This document shows, in pieces, positions 1-7,391 of a stretch of 64,000 bases of DNA. This stretch comes from Escherichia phage vB_EcoP_G7C: the sequence record NC_015933.1. One strand, 5' to 3'. Within the stretch, counting starts at the first letter, position 1, and each line of letters begins with the position of its first letter. The notes under the pieces are model-generated. The model searched no databases, was not told the origin of the DNA, and saw nothing but the letters and a program-made list of their open reading frames with translations. Position numbers and translations under genes: made by a program.

Positions 1-1
1 T

Positions 2-106
2 GGTAACGTACTAACAGTTAAACCAGTGGCAGAAGGTGAAGCTACTTCTGTAGTAGTTACCAACGGTACTGTCGATGTAACCATCGCTATTACTGTTGCA
101 GAGTAA
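2..106 (+). CDS. 3' end of an upstream gene; C-terminal fragment with Ig-like (Big_2-like) beta-strand character (…VKPVAEGEATSVVVTNGTVDVTIAITVAE)
   Basis: Open frame runs from the window edge to TAA at 104-106 and is followed by a rho-independent terminator; alternating hydrophobic/polar T/V-rich pattern. Confidence 0.35.
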   Translation, partial: GNVLTVKPVAEGEATSVVVTNGTVDVTIAITVAE

Positions 107-156
107 GGGTATCCCTTATTTGGGGTTATAAACCCTGAAAGGAATCCCTCTAGTTT

Positions 157-186
157 GACCTCCCTATTGAAGGGAGGTCTTTTTTT
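157..186 (+). terminator. Rho-independent terminator
   Basis: 8-bp GC-rich stem GACCTCCC/GGGAGGTC with 7-nt loop, followed by T7 run. Confidence 0.7.
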
Positions 187-211
187 GACTTAAACAAACC
201 GGAGCCAGGAA

Positions 212-400
212 ATGTATAAAGAGATTGCATTCTTCTCGTTCTTATTAGGAGGGTTAATTGGTGCAGGAATTGTAGCTATTTCTAATACCTACTTTGGTTC
301 TACTCCAAATTCTGTAACACAAACCCTCAAGCATGAATGTGAATTGAATATCCCTCGTAACCAAAACTGTGTAATGCAGTTCGTACCGGAGAAGAAATGA
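212..400 (+). CDS. Small membrane protein (one hydrophobic helix FFSFLLGGLIGAGIVAI)
   Basis: ORF track; ATG with GGAG-like upstream; overlaps next ORF as ATGA. Confidence 0.4.
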   Translation: MYKEIAFFSFLLGGLIGAGIVAISNTYFGSTPNSVTQTLKHECELNIPRNQNCVMQFVPEKK

Positions 401-582
401 AACTAACCCAGTCCCAAGCAATTTTCCTTCGCATGGTTCAAGGTGGTTCTGCCACCAGCAACCGTAATAACAAAACCGCACAGTCTCTTAAGAAGCTGGG
501 CTTAGTACAGTTCAATGCTGGTCTTGGGTGGTCATTAACCCCTACCGGTGTACTTCAACTCAACGAATTAAAAGGTAACTAA
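397..582 (+). CDS. Hypothetical protein
   Basis: ORF track; ATGA start/stop overlap with upstream ORF. Confidence 0.4.
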   Translation: MKLTQSQAIFLRMVQGGSATSNRNNKTAQSLKKLGLVQFNAGLGWSLTPTGVLQLNELKGN

Positions 583-909
583 ATGAAAACTTTAATTGCT
601 GTTGTTCTAGTAGCTCTATCAGTTCTGTCATTCGGTGCTCAAGCATCTAGTCGTGCAACCTTGTTGGAATCTGCTGCTGATTACAAAGCTAATAATGCAA
701 ACTTTGTGAATCAAGGTTACTTCATGGGCATGGTTACTATGGGTGTGGAAGCAGGAAAGAATTGTGTACCTGACGGTATAAAATTAGGGCACATTTTTGA
801 CAGAGTGGCATCTATTATTCTGTATGACCGAAAGGTTAATGCAGTAAAAGTACCATCAGACATGGTTCTGTTAGCGATTAATACAGCCTATCCCTGCGTT
901 AAATCTTAA
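583..909 (+). CDS. Secreted/periplasmic protein with N-terminal signal peptide (MKTLIAVVLVALSVLSFGAQA)
   Basis: Typical n-h-c signal peptide with AQA cleavage motif. Confidence 0.55.
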   Translation: MKTLIAVVLVALSVLSFGAQASSRATLLESAADYKANNANFVNQGYFMGMVTMGVEAGKNCVPDGIKLGHIFDRVASIILYDRKVNAVKVPSDMVLLAINTAYPCVKS

Positions 910-943
910 TTAGTAATTCCATTAACTTTAGGAGAGTAAGTAA

Positions 944-1996
944 ATGGCGAGCATTGACTCCTTGACTGTATGTAATACACGCCAAGCCCGTAACTTTATT
1001 ATCCGTGCCTTGCAAGCAGGTAACGTACCGTTCCTGACTTCATCACCAGGTATGGGTAAGTCTGCAATTATTCGTTCTATTGCAGAAGAATTTGGTATGA
1101 AGCTGATTGACCATCGTCTGTCTACTTCTGCCCCGGAAGACTTATCTGGTCTACCATTCCGTAATGGTGACCGTGCAGAGTTTATTCCATTTGCTGACTT
1201 ATTCCCTATCGAGGGTGACAAAGTACCGGATGGTTATAATGGCTGGCTCCTGTTCCTTGATGAGTTCAACTCAGCTAAGAAAGAAGTAGTGGCTGCTGCA
1301 TACAAACTAATTCTCGACCGCATGACCGGACAGAAAAAACTTCACCCTAATGTGATGATTATCTGTGCCGGTAACAAAGCTACTGACCGAGCCATAGTTA
1401 ACCCACTGGGTACTGCAATGCAGTCTCGTGTTGTCCACTTCGAAATGGAACTCGACTTCGACATCTTTGTTGAAGACGTAATGATTCCACAAGAATGGGA
1501 TGAGCGTCTGGTTGCATTCTTACATGCTAACCCTGGTTATCTGCATGACTTCGACCCCGCACATAAGAATAAAACATTCTGTTGCCCACGTACCTGGGAC
1601 TTTGTTAACAAAGACCTCAAGAACCGACCAGAAGGTGCTTTGCCTGATGAAGATTCTATCTACTATGCAGGCCACGTTACTGCTGGTAAAGCTACAGAGT
1701 TTGTTCAGTTCACTCAGGTATACAATCGTATGATTACGATTGAGAAGGTAGTAAAAGACCCGTTAGGCTGTGCACTACCGGAAGATAATAACCTGTGTTG
1801 GGCTACTGTTAACCATCTGGCTAACAAAACTACTGAAGATAACTTCGCTGATGTTCTTCAGTACATTGAACGCTTTAAAACGTTCACCCATAAGATTCTG
1901 TACTTCCGTACAGTAGGAAAAGCATTACCAGAAATTCAGGCTACCCCTGAATGGCGTAAGGCTGCTGCCAATATCTCTCGTTACATTCACGGATAA
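944..1996 (+). CDS. AAA+ ATPase, MoxR-like
   Basis: Walker A SSPGMGKS, Walker B LLFLDEFN, sensor-1 ICAGN; AGGAGA RBS 8 nt upstream of ATG. Confidence 0.85.
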   Translation: MASIDSLTVCNTRQARNFIIRALQAGNVPFLTSSPGMGKSAIIRSIAEEFGMKLIDHRLSTSAPEDLSGLPFRNGDRAEFIPFADLFPIEGDKVPDGYNGWLLFLDEFNSAKKEVVAAAYKLILDRMTGQKKLHPNVMIICAGNKATDRAIVNPLGTAMQSRVVHFEMELDFDIFVEDVMIPQEWDERLVAFLHANPGYLHDFDPAHKNKTFCCPRTWDFVNKDLKNRPEGALPDEDSIYYAGHVTAGKATEFVQFTQVYNRMITIEKVVKDPLGCALPEDNNLCWATVNHLANKTTEDNFADVLQYIERFKTFTHKILYFRTVGKALPEIQATPEWRKAAANISRYIHG

Positions 1997-1999
1997 ACT

Positions 2000-2476
2000 A
2001 TGAACTGGCATGAACTATTTGTTTATAGCAATGGTTCCCTTTACTGGAAAGTAAGTAGGGGCTGCGTAAAAGCAGGTGCCATTGCTGGTTGTTTGGATAA
2101 CAGCGGGTATTTGCGTGTTAAATGTAATAGAAAAAATCATTTAGTTCACCGCATAATTTATGAAATGGAAATTGGTCCAATTCCTGATGGTATGCAGGTA
2201 GACCATATTGACCACAATAGGCTAAATAATTACCCAAGTAATTTCCGTTTAGTAACAAACATGGTTAATAGTAAAAACCAAACCATGAGAGTAACAAATA
2301 CATCAGGTGTGACAGGAGTATACTGGCACACTCGGGATAAAATTTGGACTGCCCATATAAATGACAATGGTAAACAAATTTACTTAGGAAAATTTAACAG
2401 TAAACAAGAAGCCATTTCAGCCAGAAAGGAAGCAGAAAAATTATTGGGCTACCATATAAATCATGGGGAACCCTAA
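2000..2476 (+). CDS. HNH homing endonuclease with AP2 DNA-binding domain
   Basis: HNH core VDHIDHNRLNN; AP2-like GVTGVYWHTRDKIWTAHIN…GKFNSKQEAISARKEAE. Confidence 0.85.
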   Translation: MNWHELFVYSNGSLYWKVSRGCVKAGAIAGCLDNSGYLRVKCNRKNHLVHRIIYEMEIGPIPDGMQVDHIDHNRLNNYPSNFRLVTNMVNSKNQTMRVTNTSGVTGVYWHTRDKIWTAHINDNGKQIYLGKFNSKQEAISARKEAEKLLGYHINHGEP

Positions 2477-3651
2477 TGAATAGTATACCTACGCATACTC
2501 TCACTGATGAACGGTTAATGAGGGAGTACGATAGAATACAAGCGCAGGCATTTCTCGGACGTAGTGCAGCGTTTTTTGGTTCATTGCTGTGTAGTCTTAA
2601 GTTCTCATGGAAACGTGAGGGCTGTCCCACTGCATGTACCGACGGGATAGAACTCCATTTCAACCCAGACTTCTTTATCTGGATGTGTCCTGATGCAAGG
2701 GAAACAGTGCTAATGCACGAACTTTGGCATGTGGCATATCTGCATGGAATCCGTTGTGGAAGCCGTGATCCAGAAGTCTGGAACCAGGCATGTGACCACT
2801 TCATTAACCTTCAGTTAGAGGAAGATGGTTACAAGTTCACTGGTATCGACAAAGGCATTTGCAAAGACCCTCAATATAAAGGATGGGTCGAAGAAGACAT
2901 CTACGATGACCTGATGAAGAACCCTCAGAAAAGGCAGAAGCCGTCGGGGGGAGCTGGAGCAGGTCTTGCTGGCGACATGAAAGCTCCCTCTTCGGGGCAG
3001 TCCCAGGGTGCTGTTGTCAACAACGTAGTACGTGCAATACAAAGCCAGAAGATGGCTGGTGGAACGATGCCCGGTAAAGGTGCTGGTCGTATGGAAGAGG
3101 TTATTACCCAATTCCTTAAACCAGTGGTTCCGTGGCAGGAAGTCCTGATGAACTTCTTTACCGACATTGATGATACGCATTATACGTGGGCCAGACCCAA
3201 CCGTCGTTTCACTGACGTCTATCTACCTTCTCTGGAAGATGATGAAGGACGTTTACGACACTTAGCCTATTTTGAGGATGTATCCGGTTCTATTAGTAGT
3301 GCTGACTCTCTGCGTTTTAACTCAGAGGTTGCCTACGTTAAGAGCCAGTTCAATCCTAAGAAGATGACCCTAATTACCTTCGACGATATTATCCAAGAAG
3401 AAATAGACATCACTGAAGAAGATACTTTTGAAGAGATTAAGATTACTGGACGAGGGGGTACAAACCTTGAACCAGTGCGTGAATGGATTATTAAGAATAA
3501 GCCAACCGCTGCAATCATATTCTCTGATATGTATGTTCGCCCTATGGAAGATTTACCATTTGATATTCCTATCATCTGGTGTGTTCTGAATAATCCTAAT
3601 GCTACCGTACCTTTTGGGGAGGTAGTTCATATCCCTAAAGGAATGAAATAA
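2476..3651 (+). CDS. VWA-domain protein with N-terminal HExxH metallopeptidase-like domain (partner of the MoxR-like ATPase)
   Basis: HELWH zinc-binding-type motif near N-terminus; MIDAS-like DVSGS; start overlaps HNH stop (TAATG). Confidence 0.8.
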   Translation: MNSIPTHTLTDERLMREYDRIQAQAFLGRSAAFFGSLLCSLKFSWKREGCPTACTDGIELHFNPDFFIWMCPDARETVLMHELWHVAYLHGIRCGSRDPEVWNQACDHFINLQLEEDGYKFTGIDKGICKDPQYKGWVEEDIYDDLMKNPQKRQKPSGGAGAGLAGDMKAPSSGQSQGAVVNNVVRAIQSQKMAGGTMPGKGAGRMEEVITQFLKPVVPWQEVLMNFFTDIDDTHYTWARPNRRFTDVYLPSLEDDEGRLRHLAYFEDVSGSISSADSLRFNSEVAYVKSQFNPKKMTLITFDDIIQEEIDITEEDTFEEIKITGRGGTNLEPVREWIIKNKPTAAIIFSDMYVRPMEDLPFDIPIIWCVLNNPNATVPFGEVVHIPKGMK

Positions 3652-4157
3652 TGATTGTTAATGGTAATTCTCTATACCGTTCATCTCAATTGCTGGATGT
3701 CCCAGACCGTAAGGTATCCGAGCATGGTGTAAGCTATGGATTAGGTGAAGCTGGTTATGATATTCGTATCAAACAAGACATTACCTTCTATCGCTTATTT
3801 GGGTTAATTCCAATGGTGAAAATCGTCGATGGAAAACAAGTATCACGCCATCTCGGTAAATTCGCATTAGCTTCAGCAATTGAGAAGTTCAACATGTCAC
3901 CCTCGTGTGTAGCTATCGTTCACGATAAGTCCACATGGGCAAGACGTGCATTATCTGTGTTCAATACCGTAATAGAACCAGGATGGAAAGGGTATCTTAC
4001 CCTTGAACTGGTCTATCACGGTCGTAAGAAACTGCATATCCCGGCTGGTGCTGGGATAGCTCAAGTATTATTTCATCTGGTTCAAGAGCCTGCTAATTAC
4101 AACGGCAAGTATCAGAATCAGGAGGACAAACCAGTAGCTGCAAGAAGCAGTAAATAA
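3651..4157 (+). CDS. dcd: dCTP deaminase / dUTPase-fold enzyme
   Basis: dUTPase-superfamily motif IEPGWKGYLTLEL; 168 aa, size typical of dCTP deaminase. Confidence 0.65.
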   Translation: MIVNGNSLYRSSQLLDVPDRKVSEHGVSYGLGEAGYDIRIKQDITFYRLFGLIPMVKIVDGKQVSRHLGKFALASAIEKFNMSPSCVAIVHDKSTWARRALSVFNTVIEPGWKGYLTLELVYHGRKKLHIPAGAGIAQVLFHLVQEPANYNGKYQNQEDKPVAARSSK

Positions 4158-4166
4158 GGAAACAAC

Positions 4167-4367
4167 ATGTCTGTATTTCAAGTAACTCCTGTTGATAGTA
4201 CCCAACGTAAAACTATTGTTGCAACTAATGTAGTAGATGTAGATGAAACCCCAGCTGGTGCTGTAATCCATCTGATTGATGGGCGAACTGTAACTGTAAA
4301 AGAAAGCTATCGTTCAGTACGTGGTTACGTCCGTAAAGCTTTAGCTGCTGTCTCTGATGCAGAGTAA
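4167..4367 (+). CDS. Hypothetical protein
   Basis: ORF with AAGGAAA RBS. Confidence 0.5.
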   Translation: MSVFQVTPVDSTQRKTIVATNVVDVDETPAGAVIHLIDGRTVTVKESYRSVRGYVRKALAAVSDAE

Positions 4368-4440
4368 GTAGCTGCCTAAATAGCCCAACTATGCTGGGCT
4401 ATTTGTGAAGAAACTAACTCAACCTCACATAGGAACCATC

Positions 4441-4701
4441 ATGGAATCTTTAGCAGCAATCCTCGTTCTGTTATTTGCACTTGCTATATACCTTATCCCT
4501 ACTATTATTGCTTTTGCACGAGGCCATGCCTCTAAGTGGGGCATTGGTATACTCAATATCGTATTAGGCTGGTCTTTAGTCTTCTGGGTAGTAGCACTGA
4601 TTTGGTCACTGTCTAACAAAGGGCAGTCTCAGACTACAATCGTTAACGTTGGCAGTGGTAACCAGTACAACGTGTCTCAAACGAGCCAGTCTGATAAGTA
4701 A
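4441..4701 (+). CDS. Small membrane protein (two TM helices)
   Basis: ATG at 4441 with AGGAAC RBS (ORF-track start 4405 is GTG); hydrophobic helices LAAILVLLFALAIYLIPTIIAF and GIGILNIVLGWSLVFWVVALIW. Confidence 0.55.
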   Translation: MESLAAILVLLFALAIYLIPTIIAFARGHASKWGIGILNIVLGWSLVFWVVALIWSLSNKGQSQTTIVNVGSGNQYNVSQTSQSDK

Positions 4702-4775
4702 CTAACCTAAGCATCATTGTATAGTGGTGCTTGTGGAAGTTGCTTCCAGCTCATTACTTATCCATCTCCTAATCC

Positions 4776-4803
4776 AAGCCCACCTAACCCGTGGGCTTTT
4801 TTT
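4776..4803 (+). terminator. Rho-independent terminator
   Basis: Stem AAGCCCAC/GTGGGCTT with T7 run. Confidence 0.7.
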
Positions 4804-4824
4804 AATTATAGGTAGTAAATACTA

Positions 4825-5268
4825 ATGCGTATCCCATTCCTAAGAAAAAGGGAACGGAATCCTGTTCTTTATAATAAAGGCATAGAGGATGAGTATGAAC
4901 TCAACCGTAAGGCCCGTTCCTACGCAGCAAAATTATTCATGGGGACTAGCAACCCTAATAGATTACTGGACTTTGTTTTCGAACAAGTCTTTATCATATA
5001 CAGCTTAGCTATGTCTGCTGGTTCACAAGAAGTAAGTGATAAGGCAAGATATGCTCTCTGTATGCTCCGGAAAGAGTATGAAGCCCTCCTGTATGAAGAC
5101 TTGTACTCCTTTAAGAAAGAAACCGCTGTAGCGTGTTCTGTGGCTCTTACTGAAGGTATAGCAGTATTACAAGAACTACCTCGTAGTGAGTTTAAGCTGG
5201 TATATGCCCAGGCCAGGAGAATTACAGAAAACCGAAGTGGTATTACCAACTATCTAAGGTCATTCTAA
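4825..5268 (+). CDS. Hypothetical protein
   Basis: ORF track; coupled to thyX by TAATG overlap. Confidence 0.55.
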   Translation: MRIPFLRKRERNPVLYNKGIEDEYELNRKARSYAAKLFMGTSNPNRLLDFVFEQVFIIYSLAMSAGSQEVSDKARYALCMLRKEYEALLYEDLYSFKKETAVACSVALTEGIAVLQELPRSEFKLVYAQARRITENRSGITNYLRSF

Positions 5269-6212
5269 TGATTAAGGCAACTGTCATTGCAGATTCCGTT
5301 CATCATGTAACGGGTACTCGTATTACTACCTTTGAATTGGTTTATCCTCGATTCATTCACAGTGAGTTTATGACCCACCGTGTATTCAACCGAAATGCTT
5401 CAAGTAGTCGTGCTATCCCTACTTCTAAGTTCATAGAACAGGTTCGTAATGAACCAGTGATGCCAAGTCACTGGGGCAAGAACCAGAAAGGTATGCAGGC
5501 ATTTGAAGAATTGTCTGAAGACCAACGTAGTGATGCAACCTTTATCTGGGAACAGGCTGCATCCAGTGCTGCTACCTATGCAGAAATGCTTCGTCGTGGA
5601 CAAGTACATAAGCAGATTGTTAACCGTATTCTGGAACCATTTACGCATATCCGTGTAGTGGTAACTTCAACTAGCTGGGCTAATTTCTATGGCTTACGTG
5701 ACCATGAAGATGCTCAACCAGAGATTCGTGAACTGGCTCAAGCAATGCGTAAGGCTCATAATGAAAGTGTTCCATCTAAGCTGTCCCAAGGTGTGTGGCA
5801 TCTGCCTTATATTCGCAAGATTGATTGTATTAACGCTTACGATCATTGCAAACATCAACGAGTTACTTGTGATAAACCAAGTGATGAAGAAGTTTTAGGC
5901 TTACTGCTTAAAGTCTCTGCTGCTCGCTGTGCACGTGCCTCCTATAACAACTTTGAAGGCAAGCCATCTACTATTAGTGATGACCTTGCCCTCTTTGCTA
6001 AGTTGGTAGAGAAACAACCAATTCATGCGTCACCTACTGAGCATCAAGCTACCCCGATGGACTTCAGTACCAAGTTTGTTAACAACCAGAACCCATTAAC
6101 CTGGGAACAAGGTGTTACCTCTATGGACCGTGAAGGTAAGCTGTACTCAGGCAACTTACTGGATTTCATCCAATTCCGTAAACTAATACCCGGAGAAACA
6201 ATTACAGAATGA
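5268..6212 (+). CDS. thyX: Flavin-dependent thymidylate synthase (ThyX-like, divergent)
   Basis: ThyX-like HR…S…S.R signature in MTHRVFNRNASSSRAIP and C-terminal DAQPEIRELAQAM resembling the ThyX HAQWEIR region. Confidence 0.65.
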   Translation: MIKATVIADSVHHVTGTRITTFELVYPRFIHSEFMTHRVFNRNASSSRAIPTSKFIEQVRNEPVMPSHWGKNQKGMQAFEELSEDQRSDATFIWEQAASSAATYAEMLRRGQVHKQIVNRILEPFTHIRVVVTSTSWANFYGLRDHEDAQPEIRELAQAMRKAHNESVPSKLSQGVWHLPYIRKIDCINAYDHCKHQRVTCDKPSDEEVLGLLLKVSAARCARASYNNFEGKPSTISDDLALFAKLVEKQPIHASPTEHQATPMDFSTKFVNNQNPLTWEQGVTSMDREGKLYSGNLLDFIQFRKLIPGETITE

Positions 6213-6445
6213 AACGTTTAGCTATCCAAGCTCTATTTATAAGTATCATCCTGGTTCTGGAATTTGTATTTGCACTACATGGTGCACAGAGCCTGGAAGA
6301 GATGTTCTTCGTAGTAGCCCGTTTCTCTGCGTGTGTTCTTGGCTTGTGGTGTGTGTATTACTATGCACGAGATTACGCAGCCATTAAGGAACATGATGAT
6401 GCTAAGGAACGTCTACGACAATTCGTAGAAGAGAATCGTAAGTAA
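6209..6445 (+). CDS. Small membrane protein
   Basis: Two hydrophobic segments; ATGA overlap with thyX stop; followed by terminator. Confidence 0.5.
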   Translation: MKRLAIQALFISIILVLEFVFALHGAQSLEEMFFVVARFSACVLGLWCVYYYARDYAAIKEHDDAKERLRQFVEENRK

Positions 6446-6450
6446 ACCTA

Positions 6451-6476
6451 AGACCTCCTCCGGGAGGTCTTTTTTT
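6451..6476 (+). terminator. Rho-independent terminator
   Basis: Stem AGACCTCC/GGAGGTCT, TCCG loop, T6 run; same stem family as terminator at 157-186. Confidence 0.7.
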
Positions 6477-6504
6477 GGTTTCAATTACTGTCCCAGGAGG
6501 ACTT

Positions 6505-6729
6505 ATGGCAAGTTGGTACGCAACTATGTTGGAGAAAGATTCCAATGGACTATGCAGGGAATCCGTCGGTAGTTTTAAAAACATCTGTATAGATGGGCGT
6601 TTATGCATGATTAACGCAATAGATATTGCAGAAGAAACCCTGTCTAAAGAGTCAGGTTATGCAGGGTTTAAGCTGGAAAAACTTAATAGAGCCTGGGATT
6701 ACAGAAATCCTTTTATTTATAAAAATTAA
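6505..6729 (+). CDS. Hypothetical protein
   Basis: ATG at 6505 preceded by CAGGAGGA RBS (ORF-track start 6475 lacks RBS). Confidence 0.4.
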   Translation: MASWYATMLEKDSNGLCRESVGSFKNICIDGRLCMINAIDIAEETLSKESGYAGFKLEKLNRAWDYRNPFIYKN

Positions 6730-6738
6730 GGAAACAGT

Positions 6739-6951
6739 ATGCCTGCTAAATACCGTATCAAAGACACTCCACTAATGTGTGAGGGTGAGAAGGGTGACAT
6801 TGTATATGCCTGTATACAGGATGATTTCAATGCTGCTCTGATGTTAACCCAAATGACAAATACACTGCATGTATCAGTAACACTGGACCCTACCGGGGAC
6901 TATCCATGCTTCCCTATCCCTGCTCATAACCTGGAGCAAATCCGTGATTAA
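6739..6951 (+). CDS. Hypothetical protein
   Basis: ORF with AAGGAAACAG RBS. Confidence 0.45.
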   Translation: MPAKYRIKDTPLMCEGEKGDIVYACIQDDFNAALMLTQMTNTLHVSVTLDPTGDYPCFPIPAHNLEQIRD

Positions 6952-7258
6952 TCCTGAAGTTATTCATAGTAAAACTGGTAAGGCTGTACCACTTAGTGAT
7001 ATTGCAGTTACTGGTGATATTGCTGCTTGCCCAGCTAATATCGCCTCCCTATGTATGTGCATTGCTGCACTAGCAGAAGAACGTAAATTATGGCTGGAAC
7101 CAAGCAAAGAAATGGTACTGGCTGGCATGTCTGAACTGAATGCACTTCTGAAAGAAATGTATGACGAGGATGGACAATTAGTTGAGCCAACTGATGATCA
7201 GATTTCGGATGCTGTAGTATTCGTCCTTCAAGCAATGGCAGGTAAACGCAATGATTGA
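6944..7258 (+). CDS. Hypothetical protein
   Basis: GTG start overlapping upstream stop; ORF track. Confidence 0.4.
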   Translation: MINPEVIHSKTGKAVPLSDIAVTGDIAACPANIASLCMCIAALAEERKLWLEPSKEMVLAGMSELNALLKEMYDEDGQLVEPTDDQISDAVVFVLQAMAGKRND

Positions 7259-7391
7259 AGTATTCATCTATTTCATGGCTCTACCCTACATACTTAATGA
7301 GTTATTGGGTACATACGGTACAGCCGTAGGCATTTCTGTAGTTGTATTCAGTCTTTTCCTATAAGCAACATTTAAACTGGAGAGTAAATAA

